Below are positions 28,494 through 35,563 of a stretch of DNA of 58,922 nt, one piece after another (position 1 is the first letter of the stretch; each line of letters starts with the position of its first letter). Origin of the DNA: Bryobacteraceae bacterium (GTDB lineage: Bacteria > Acidobacteriota > Terriglobia > Bryobacterales > Bryobacteraceae); the NCBI GenBank assembly GCA_049802535.1, contig JBARMQ010000462.1, forward strand, positions 1 through 58,922, given 5' to 3'. Below the pieces are notes generated by a model. It was not told the DNA's origin, searched no databases, and saw only the letters and a program-made list of their open reading frames with translations. The position numbers were made by a program, and so were the translations under genes.

Positions 28494-30941
28494 CTACTCG
28501 TGCCGCAGCGAAACCGCCGGATCGACGCGCGCCGCCCGCATCGATGGCAGCCCGGCCGCCAGCAGCGCCGCGAACAACAGAACCACTGACGCTACGAGGA
28601 AAGCCGCCGGGTCTTGCGGAGAGACATTGAATAGCAATCCATGGATCAGCCGCGCCAGGAACGCCGCAGAAACTAACCCGGCCACGATTCCCACGGCCGT
28701 CCACTGAAGAGCAAAACGTAACACATGCACAGCGACGCGAGACGGACTTGCGCCCATCGCCATCCGAACGCCGATCTCGCGCGTTTGCTGTGCAACCAGG
28801 AACGAAACCACGCCGTATAGGCCCACCGCCGCCAGCACCAGTCCAAAGCCGGCAAAACTGCCGAGTAGCGCTGCCACGAAGCGCGGCTGCGTCGTCAGAT
28901 CATTGATACGCATTGTGAGTGTTTGAATACTGATCGGCATCCTGGGATCAAGCGACGCGAATTCAGCGCGGACCATCCGGCTCACACTTTCGAGCGGCAG
29001 AGACGTTCGCAGGATTGCCACGGCGGACCGCCCCAAATTATCTGCATTCCAGGTGCGCAAATGATAGTATTCAGGCGCCGCATCCGAAGCCAATCCTCTG
29101 TTCTTAACATCACGCGCCACCCCCATAATCGGCGACCAAACCGTATGCGCACCATCCAAGCCCCTCAGTGCAAGCTGATGACCTATTGGATTCTCCCGGC
29201 CAAACAGTTTTCGAGCCAAGCTTGCGCTCAATATGATTGCCGATTGAGTCGAATTGCGATCCTCTTCACGGAACGGCCGTCCTGCAATTATCCGAATTCG
29301 TAAAGCGTCGAAATATCCCGGGGAAACATATCGAAACGCAACGATGCCGCCTTGCTCCGGCAGCGGAGGACGCCCGGCAATGCGCATATTTGAGAACGGC
29401 CGCCCATGCATGACTCCGCTCGGCGGAACTGTGTCGCTGAGGCCCGAAGTGGCAATGCCAGGAATAGCAGCCAGCCGGGTTTCGAGTGCTCGATAGAACG
29501 CATTCTGCGCCGCCGCTTGCGGATAACGGTGGCTATCCAAGAGGAAAGAAACGGTGATGACGCGTTGCGTCTGCATGCCCAATTGCTGGCTTTCGAGCTT
29601 CAGCAAACTGCGCACGAATAAAGATGAGCCGGTTAATAGCACCAACGAGATGGCAATTTGGAAGGCAACCAGCGCTTGACGAAATCGGCCGTGTCCAAGC
29701 CCCAGCACGTGCCAACCGGCCAGTTCTTCGGCTCGTGGCCGCCGCAAAGCCGCAGCCGCTCCGAACAAGACGACTGCCAACAACGATGTCACAAACGCGA
29801 AAACGAGAACCCGTAAGTCAATCCCCACTTGGTTGAGACGCAGGAACGCGCTGGGAGACATTTTGACCAGGGCTTTCAACAAACCCCACGCCAGTAGCAC
29901 GCCGCTAGCACCGCCCGCCACGCCGAGGAACAAGCTTTCACTTAGAGACAGCTGAATTAATCGGAGACGCGCCGCGCCCATTGCGGCACGCATGGCCAAT
30001 TCCCGCCCGCGCTGATTGCTCCGGGCAAGTACGAGATTAGCGACGTTACTGCACGCGATCAAGAGCAGCGCCGCCACCGTCCCCAGTAGCAGCCACGACG
30101 CGAGCCGCTCATCATGTATTTGGCGATCACGCAAGCCCCGCATCATGAAGTGCACTTCACCGCGCAGCATCGGCGGCACATCGGCCAAGCTCGATACATA
30201 CAGCGGTTGCATCTGCTCTCGCGCCTGCTCCAAAGTAAGCTTGTCCTTAAGACGTGCGAAGCATCGCAAGAATGCGCCGGTCTCGTCGCGGAGTTGCGCC
30301 GTCTGATCAAGCTGTTCCGTCATCAAAACATCCGCTTCCGCCAACTGCGGCATTTCGAAGCTTGCCGGCAGCACGCCAATTACCCGCGTCGGCTGATCCT
30401 CAATTAGCAACGTCTTTTGAAGCGCATTGGGATTTCCCGCAAATCGCGCCTGCCACAGTGCATGGCTGATCAGCGCAACTCGTGGAGCATTCGGCCGGTC
30501 TTCATTTTCCGTAAAATTGCGCCCAATTATAGGAGAAATGCCAAGCGTGGGAAGAAAATCCGCCTCAACATAAACGCAGTGGATACGAACGGGATTTTGG
30601 TCTCCCAGATCGCACTCCGCGGCCGGCAGCATCGATGTCAGCGATTTAAATGGAGTCGTCCGCCTCCGCCAATTGAAATATGTGCGGCCCATCATAAATT
30701 CGTTGGCATCAATCGGCCCGCTAATTCCGACGGAAACCAGACGATCCGCACGTGGATATGGCAAACTGCGGAACAGCAACCGGTCAACCATGCTAAAAAC
30801 CGCAGTCGAAGAACCGATGCTGATCGCGAGCGTCACTATGACCAGCAAGGCAAACAGTGGACTGCGCCGCAGAGATCGCAACGCGTAGCGGCCATCCTGG
30901 CCTACCGCGTCAAACCAAGCCAAAAGTGGCCGCTTCGCCAT
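28494..30941 (-). CDS. MacB/FtsX-type ABC permease, ADOP family
   Basis: Motifs QDGRYALRSLRRSPLFALLVIVTLAISIGSSTAVFS and LLIACSNVANLVLAR, with C-terminal GLPSMRAARVDPAVSLR. It is convergent with the previous paralog, with an 11-bp gap. Confidence 0.92.
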   Translation of the reverse strand: MAKRPLLAWFDAVGQDGRYALRSLRRSPLFALLVIVTLAISIGSSTAVFSMVDRLLFRSLPYPRADRLVSVGISGPIDANEFMMGRTYFNWRRRTTPFKSLTSMLPAAECDLGDQNPVRIHCVYVEADFLPTLGISPIIGRNFTENEDRPNAPRVALISHALWQARFAGNPNALQKTLLIEDQPTRVIGVLPASFEMPQLAEADVLMTEQLDQTAQLRDETGAFLRCFARLKDKLTLEQAREQMQPLYVSSLADVPPMLRGEVHFMMRGLRDRQIHDERLASWLLLGTVAALLLIACSNVANLVLARSNQRGRELAMRAAMGAARLRLIQLSLSESLFLGVAGGASGVLLAWGLLKALVKMSPSAFLRLNQVGIDLRVLVFAFVTSLLAVVLFGAAAALRRPRAEELAGWHVLGLGHGRFRQALVAFQIAISLVLLTGSSLFVRSLLKLESQQLGMQTQRVITVSFLLDSHRYPQAAAQNAFYRALETRLAAIPGIATSGLSDTVPPSGVMHGRPFSNMRIAGRPPLPEQGGIVAFRYVSPGYFDALRIRIIAGRPFREEDRNSTQSAIILSASLARKLFGRENPIGHQLALRGLDGAHTVWSPIMGVARDVKNRGLASDAAPEYYHLRTWNADNLGRSAVAILRTSLPLESVSRMVRAEFASLDPRMPISIQTLTMRINDLTTQPRFVAALLGSFAGFGLVLAAVGLYGVVSFLVAQQTREIGVRMAMGASPSRVAVHVLRFALQWTAVGIVAGLVSAAFLARLIHGLLFNVSPQDPAAFLVASVVLLFAALLAAGLPSMRAARVDPAVSLRHE
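29931..29971. repeat. Copy A of a 41-nt direct repeat, internal to the ADOP permease CDS
   Basis: caagctttcacttagagacagctgaattaatcggagacgcg. On the minus strand it encodes ..RLRLIQLSLSESL.. of the permease. Confidence 0.9.
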
Positions 30942-30990
30942 AGCAACAATAGAATACTACATAGCCGCTGTGCGTCTCTTCAAATGAAGG

Positions 30991-31031
30991 CAAGCTTTCA
31001 CACAAAGACAGCTGAATTAATCGGAGACGCG
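30991..31031. repeat. Copy B of the 41-nt direct repeat, non-coding, 50-90 bp upstream of the same gene's start
   Basis: caagctttcacacaaagacagctgaattaatcggagacgcg. It is 38/41 identical to copy A, including a 26-nt perfect run, and is offset by 1060 bp in the same orientation. Confidence 0.9.
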
Positions 31032-31449
31032 GCCCCCCAGGTATAAAGACGGTGAAGCCAACTGGAAGAGCTCAGACAGTTCTAACGGTGATGATTTCTT
31101 GTTGCTTGCGAAAGTAGCCGACATGGCGCACCGTGAAATTGACGAGCTACGCAAGGAACGACAAACAGGCGCAGCCAGAGCAACAGGGCTAAAACCACGT
31201 CACTTTACCGGCCCCAAGGTAATGCTCGACTGAACGACCTCACCCGGAGCTGCATTGAAATTAAGATGCGGCTAATAGCAGGTGCGTTTATTTCTGGGTT
31301 TCATCTTGACCAGCGGCAGCAACGGCACCGGCCATGAGCAGCGTACATGCACACAGAATTTTAGCCGTCATATTCGGCTGATTGTACTGAAAGATTCCTC
31401 GCACTAATTGCGTTTGCCTTCGCGGTGCTTTTTCCGTACTCTGGAAGGC

Positions 31450-31695
31450 ATGGAAGTACATTTCGCGCCAGACCTGCAAGCCAAGATTGACCAGTTGGTC
31501 ACTGAAACCGGACGCACACCGGACAAGCTTCTTGCGGATGCCATGGCCGGTTACGTTGCCGAGCTTGCCGAGACGCGCGAAGTGCTCAACAGTCGTTACG
31601 ACGACCTCAAAAGCGGTAAGGTAAAGCCCATTGACGGCGAAGCCTTCTTTGAGAGCCTTCGCAAGCGTGAAGATGAACTGTTGAACAAGCAATGA
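31450..31695 (+). CDS. parD: Type II antitoxin, ParD family-like
   Basis: MEVHFAPDLQAKIDQLVTETGRTPDKLLADAMAGYVAE...LKSGKVKPIDGEAFFESL. The stop overlaps the ATG of the downstream ParE-like frame (ATGA). The track ORF starts at TTG 31408. Confidence 0.7.
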   Translation: MEVHFAPDLQAKIDQLVTETGRTPDKLLADAMAGYVAELAETREVLNSRYDDLKSGKVKPIDGEAFFESLRKREDELLNKQ

Positions 31696-32015
31696 CCGCA
31701 GGGGAGGGCTTTGACCTTCATCCCCTTGCGGCTCAAGACATCACCGACGTTTGGGAATATATCGCCGACGACAGCCCACAGGCAGCGCGGCGGGTGCGAT
31801 AGGAAATTCTGGCCGCTATTCGCGCATTGGTGCGGTTTCCCAATGTTGGCCATAGACGAACAGACCTCACCTCACGCCCTTTGCGGTTCATCGTCGTTCG
31901 TGAATATCTGATTGCCTACGCACCGGATGAAAAGCCTTTATGGGTTGTTGCCGTGATGCATGGACGGCGTAGCCCTCGCGTGATGGCCGCAATTCTCAGA
32001 GGCAGAGAAGAATAA
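31692..32015 (+). pseudogene. parE: ParE/RelE-family toxin interrupted by an in-frame TAG at codon 37
   Basis: My translation is MTAGEGFDLHPLAAQDITDVWEYIADDSPQAARRVR*EILAAIRALVRFPNVGHRRTDLTSRPLRFIVVREYLIAYAPDEKPLWVVAVMHGRRSPRVMAAILRGREE. The TAG lies at 31800-31802, and both halves are in the same frame. Confidence 0.75.
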
Positions 32016-32049
32016 GCAATACACTCATGAGGGGAAAGCCTTACCCTAG

Positions 32050-32703
32050 CTAGTGTATGTTGCGGGCGAGGCCCACAGCCTCTTGAAATTTGATTGCCAG
32101 GTCTCTGATCACGTGGTAGTGTCCGGCCGCAATTGCCTTATTGTCTACTAACTCTCCGCCGACGCCAACCGCGCTTGACCCCGCTGCGAAAAATTCCCCA
32201 ATCGTTTCCAGATTGACTCCTCCCGTCGGCACCAGGTCGATGTGCGGAAACGGGCCTTTCAGTGCCTTGATGTACCGCGCTCCACCCATCGCGCTACAAG
32301 GGAACACTTTGACACCATCGGCGCCGGCCTCCCAGGCGGTCGCAATTTCTGTCGGTGTCAGAGCGCCCGGGAAAATAGCCTTACTGTACCGCTTTGCCAT
32401 TTCGATGGTCTTGACGTTGAGGCTCGGCGTGACAAAGAATTGCGCCCCGGCCAGCATGCAGGCGCGCGCCGTTTCTGGATCCAGCACTGTCCCCGCGCCG
32501 AGTAGGACCGAGTCGCCATAGCGATCGGCGACAGCTTCCAATGCCCGAATCGCTCCCTGCACCGTCATTGTAATTTCAATGCAGGGTATGCCTCCCGCCA
32601 GGATAGCCTCGACTGCGGCTAAAGCAGCGGCGGCGTTCGGCGTCCGAACGATCGGAACGATTCCGATCTCCCGAATGCGGCCGGTCATCTGCGCGGAATT
32701 CAT
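32050..32703 (-). CDS. eda: 2-dehydro-3-deoxyphosphogluconate / 4-hydroxy-2-oxoglutarate aldolase
   Basis: Motifs IVPIVRT, GIPCIEITM, GAGTVLD, FFVTPSLN, PGALTPTEI and VKVFPC. Confidence 0.88.
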   Translation of the reverse strand: MNSAQMTGRIREIGIVPIVRTPNAAAALAAVEAILAGGIPCIEITMTVQGAIRALEAVADRYGDSVLLGAGTVLDPETARACMLAGAQFFVTPSLNVKTIEMAKRYSKAIFPGALTPTEIATAWEAGADGVKVFPCSAMGGARYIKALKGPFPHIDLVPTGGVNLETIGEFFAAGSSAVGVGGELVDNKAIAAGHYHVIRDLAIKFQEAVGLARNIH

Positions 32704-32716
32704 GCGTTCGACTCAG

Positions 32717-33106
32717 CTACGACTTTAGCTTCAAATTTATGGTGATGTTTTTGTGTTCGTTAAAGGAACTCACCGTTTTGGTTCCACTGGTTTGCTTGCC
32801 GTGTTCCGCCCGCACTTCATAATTGACATCGGAGCCCAGCCCGTAGAAATGATAGGATCCATCTTTTAAAGTGATGAACGATCGTACCTGCAGGGTTTTG
32901 CTATCCGTCAGCAAAACAACCGCGCCCTCAATCGGTTCGCTATTCGCGCCACTAACGACACCACCCACCGATCGCATCGCTGTCGGGCCTGCGACGCCTG
33001 AATGAGTATCTTGTCGAGCTAGGCAAACATTTCCTAGAAGCGCGACGCTCAATAACAATGTGCCGATCCCGGCGGTCCTGAAGAACTTCACAGTACAACT
33101 CCACAT
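32717..33106 (-). CDS. Small secreted CarboxypepD_reg-like domain protein (paralog of 5588..6007)
   Basis: A hydrophobic N-terminus, then VGGVVSGANSEPIEGAVVLLTDSKTLQVRSFITLKDGSYHFYGL. It aligns without gaps to the 5588..6007 product. Confidence 0.65.
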   Translation of the reverse strand: MWSCTVKFFRTAGIGTLLLSVALLGNVCLARQDTHSGVAGPTAMRSVGGVVSGANSEPIEGAVVLLTDSKTLQVRSFITLKDGSYHFYGLGSDVNYEVRAEHGKQTSGTKTVSSFNEHKNITINLKLKS

Positions 33107-33151
33107 TCAAAAACATCTCGACTCAAATAAAGGCGTGCGGCACATTAGCCG

Positions 33152-33385
33152 CTATTCCCACTCTTCCTCGACCGATTCGCCCTCCTCTTCCTCTTCGTCG
33201 TCTTCATCGTCGTCGAAATCGAGGTCTTCATCTTCGTCGGCCTCCTCCTCGGAGTTCAATTCCACCGGGTGCAAGCTGGCGACGGTCAGGGCCGCGCCGC
33301 ACTCATCGCAGGAAAGTACATCACCTTCATCCAATTCTTCTTCTTCGACATCTATGGTCGCATCACACTTGGGGCAAGAAACCAT
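33152..33385 (-). CDS. LysW-like zinc-ribbon protein with an extended acidic tail (putative amino-group carrier-like protein)
   Basis: MVSCPKCDATIDVEEEELDEGDVLSCDECGAALTVASLHPVELNSEEE... ends in EEEWE. Compare Thermus LysW as I recall it: MVGTCPECGAELRLENPELGELVVCEDCGAELEVVGLDPLRLEPAPEEAEDWGE. Confidence 0.6.
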   Translation of the reverse strand: MVSCPKCDATIDVEEEELDEGDVLSCDECGAALTVASLHPVELNSEEEADEDEDLDFDDDEDDEEEEEGESVEEEWE

Positions 33386-33507
33386 GGCTATTCCATTTGT
33401 ACAACCGAACGTAGATTCCTGTCGCGGAGACTCAGCCGCATCCGTTTAAAATCGCTCTCGTTCGTCTTCCTACCTTTAACACGTGCCAAACGCAAAAAGG
33501 ACGTGGC

Positions 33508-33885
33508 TTATCGGTGCGCTAGAGAAGCAGTTTCCTTCATTTGTTCAAAGTATCGCGCGAGCTCCGCAGGTAACACTGTCACTAAGGTCTTCTCCATGTC
33601 TTCGGAGGTCTCTATCATGTACCGCAGATGTGCCGCTGCAATGCGCATACACAGCGAATCGGTCAGTCTGCGGTCGCTATTCGCGGTAAGCGTCAGAAGT
33701 TCGTGGCGCGGAAGCGCGATCACTTTTTCCTCGGTCGAATATCCTTCGGAAGAAACAAAAAACTTCACGTCGATGGTATCGGCGTGGCGTATGGAAATGG
33801 CCGTCTGCAGCCAGCGAAATTGCACCGTCCACATGCGTCCAAAAGGGTCTGGACCAGCTTCAAAAAGGCGGCTTTGCTCGCTCAT
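33508..33885 (-). CDS. Hypothetical 125-aa protein downstream of folE
   Basis: The internal ATG at 33885 (MSEQSRLFEAGPDPFGRMWTVQFRW...) avoids the overlap with folE that the longer track ORF would create. I recognise no motif in it. Confidence 0.45.
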   Translation of the reverse strand: MSEQSRLFEAGPDPFGRMWTVQFRWLQTAISIRHADTIDVKFFVSSEGYSTEEKVIALPRHELLTLTANSDRRLTDSLCMRIAAAHLRYMIETSEDMEKTLVTVLPAELARYFEQMKETASLAHR

Positions 33886-33944
33886 GCAACCCAATCCTAA
33901 CACGCGGTTGAGCAGTTTTGATGCCCAAGACCGCCCGTCAGAAC

Positions 33945-34562
33945 CTACATGGAATTCAGCCGTTGGCCGACGAGTGACAACAGCTCGTTCCGCGTCTCCT
34001 GTTGGGTCCGGAAAGCGCCCAACATGGCACTCGTAATTGCGCCCGAGTGTTGCTTCTCGACGCCGCGCATCATCATGCAAAAATGCCGCGCTTCGCAAAT
34101 CACTCCCACTCCGCGCGGCTTAACCAGGTCCTGAATCGTCTCCGCCACCTGCTGCGTCAGCCGTTCCTGAATTTGGAGCCGCCTGGCGAATACATCCACG
34201 ATGCGAGGAATTTTGCTTAGGCCGATGACCTTCTCATCCGGCAGATAAGCCACGTGCATCCGGCCGAAAAACGGCAGCATGTGGTGCTCGCAAAGGCTAA
34301 AAAACTCGATGTCCCGCACAATTACCATCTCGTCGTACTTCACCGGAAATAGCGCACCATTGACAATCTGCCGGGCGTCCTGCTGGTATCCGCTGGTCAA
34401 AAAGCGCAGCGCCTTGTCTGCTCTTTCAGGCGTATTCTTCAAGCCCTCGCGCGATCCATCCTCGCCCAAAGCAAGCAACACTTCCCGCAGGTTATCCGCA
34501 ATCGAGATTTTCTTCGCCTTCGACTGAATGTCGACCACCCTGCTATTCTTCTTCGTCATCAA
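33945..34562 (-). CDS. folE: GTP cyclohydrolase I (type IA)
   Basis: Motifs [51 protein letters not shown] and [12 protein letters not shown]. Confidence 0.95.
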   Translation of the reverse strand: MMTKKNSRVVDIQSKAKKISIADNLREVLLALGEDGSREGLKNTPERADKALRFLTSGYQQDARQIVNGALFPVKYDEMVIVRDIEFFSLCEHHMLPFFGRMHVAYLPDEKVIGLSKIPRIVDVFARRLQIQERLTQQVAETIQDLVKPRGVGVICEARHFCMMMRGVEKQHSGAITSAMLGAFRTQQETRNELLSLVGQRLNSM

Positions 34563-34571
34563 AACTCTCTT

Positions 34572-35048
34572 TCAAACGCCAGCCAAAACTCTCTCGCGCA
34601 TCGAACCTTGTTTTCGGCTTACCACGCCGGGAAATACCTCGAAGCCGTTTCGATCTGTCTCCTGCAGGCTTACCCGGCTCAGCCGGACGTTCGAATTCGG
34701 CACGTAATCGCTCCAGTGCTCTCCCAGCAAATCGGCGATATAGAGAAGCACATTCTCCGTCGTAGGCGCCAAAACGCGAAATGCCGGGACATCTATATTG
34801 ATGTAGCGATAGGCAAAAAGCCGCAACGCCTGCTCCGTCACCAGCCGATCCAGATGCCCGGTGGGTACTATCAAGCCGCTCTCGGGGTCGATCTCGCCCG
34901 TTGCCGCCACTTCTAAGATGTAATCGTGGCCGTGCCCATAGGGGTTATTGCATTTTCCATAAAGCTCACGGTTCTGAGCATCGGTTAAATGACTTGCATG
35001 CAGCCGATGCGATGCCGGGAACCGGTAGCGCCGCGTCACACTAATCAT
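34572..35048 (-). CDS. 6-pyruvoyl-tetrahydropterin / 6-carboxy-tetrahydropterin synthase family protein (paralog 1: Cys present, Asp-His absent)
   Basis: FPASHRLH...YGKCNNPYGHGHDY...LQETD. The start overlaps the stop of paralog 2 (ATGA). Confidence 0.85.
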   Translation of the reverse strand: MISVTRRYRFPASHRLHASHLTDAQNRELYGKCNNPYGHGHDYILEVAATGEIDPESGLIVPTGHLDRLVTEQALRLFAYRYINIDVPAFRVLAPTTENVLLYIADLLGEHWSDYVPNSNVRLSRVSLQETDRNGFEVFPGVVSRKQGSMRERVLAGV

Positions 35049-35467
35049 GCTGCCTGCCGGTCTCTAACGACATCTACAAACAAATCTGCCGTCTCAAACA
35101 GCCGGACCCGAGCGAGCTGGGTTCCAGTGTGGTGCAACCGCAAATCGAGTCTTCGCCAGATCTCTTGAGCTATATTTGGCGCCGTCGGCACCACCCGGTC
35201 AAAGGGCTTCACCTCGTAATTTAAGAACCGATGATCCATCGGCGTCACTACTTCTTCTTCCAGCATCTCCTTCAGATCCTTAAGATCGATGACCATCCCG
35301 GTCAGAGGATCCGGATCGCCTTCCACGGTTACTTCTACAATGAAATTGTGGCCGTGGCCGGAAGGATTCGCGTCGTCCGCAAATAACGCCCGATTCTGTT
35401 CCTCGTTAAGGGATGGCAGACGGCAGACGTGCGAGGCGGAGAACTCGGCTTTTCGGGTGACGAACAT
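35045..35467 (-). CDS. 6-pyruvoyl-tetrahydropterin / 6-carboxy-tetrahydropterin synthase family protein (paralog 2: Cys absent, Asp-His present)
   Basis: FSASHVCR...FADDANPSGHGHNF...PMDHRFLN...LFETAD. Confidence 0.85.
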   Translation of the reverse strand: MFVTRKAEFSASHVCRLPSLNEEQNRALFADDANPSGHGHNFIVEVTVEGDPDPLTGMVIDLKDLKEMLEEEVVTPMDHRFLNYEVKPFDRVVPTAPNIAQEIWRRLDLRLHHTGTQLARVRLFETADLFVDVVRDRQAA

Positions 35468-35563
35468 TCCTACTTTTGGATGTGCGGGCAGATTCGTTAG
35501 ATACTGTTAAATTATCTCGTAACCGGAATTCTTACATGGGCTCCCCTGGCCCGCTTTAGTAAT

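Noticed and set aside
30942-31449. A roughly 500-bp stretch between the ADOP permease and parD, examined for a decayed gene, small RNA or mobile-element end.
   Set aside because: Apart from the 41-nt repeat copy, I found only short ORFs of 36 codons or fewer. There are no terminal inverted repeats, no integrase or transposase remnant, and no obvious structured RNA. It is best described as decayed spacer.
31288-31692. A 134-aa minus-strand ORF overlapping the ParD gene. Its last 27 codons (MTAKILCACTLLMAGAVAAAGQDETQK) look like a bare signal peptide.
   Set aside because: The long form is antisense to a well-supported antitoxin. The 27-codon version is at best a remnant of a truncated exported protein, and I have no independent support for expression.
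33060-33449. A plus-strand ORF with a poly-Ser tract (SSSSSSSSSSKSRSSSSSASSS).
   Set aside because: It is the reverse-complement reading of the acidic tail of the LysW-like gene. The minus strand carries the CPxC...CxxC ribbon, which supports that strand as the coding one.
35468-35563. A possible THF-II/folE-motif or preQ1-type riboswitch in the 96-nt leader of the PTPS-PTPS-folE operon. A GCGGGC...GCCCGC long-range pairing and small hairpins are present.
   Set aside because: Only short helices that could arise by chance are present, and I cannot match a riboswitch consensus from memory. An Rfam/Infernal scan would be needed before making any claim.
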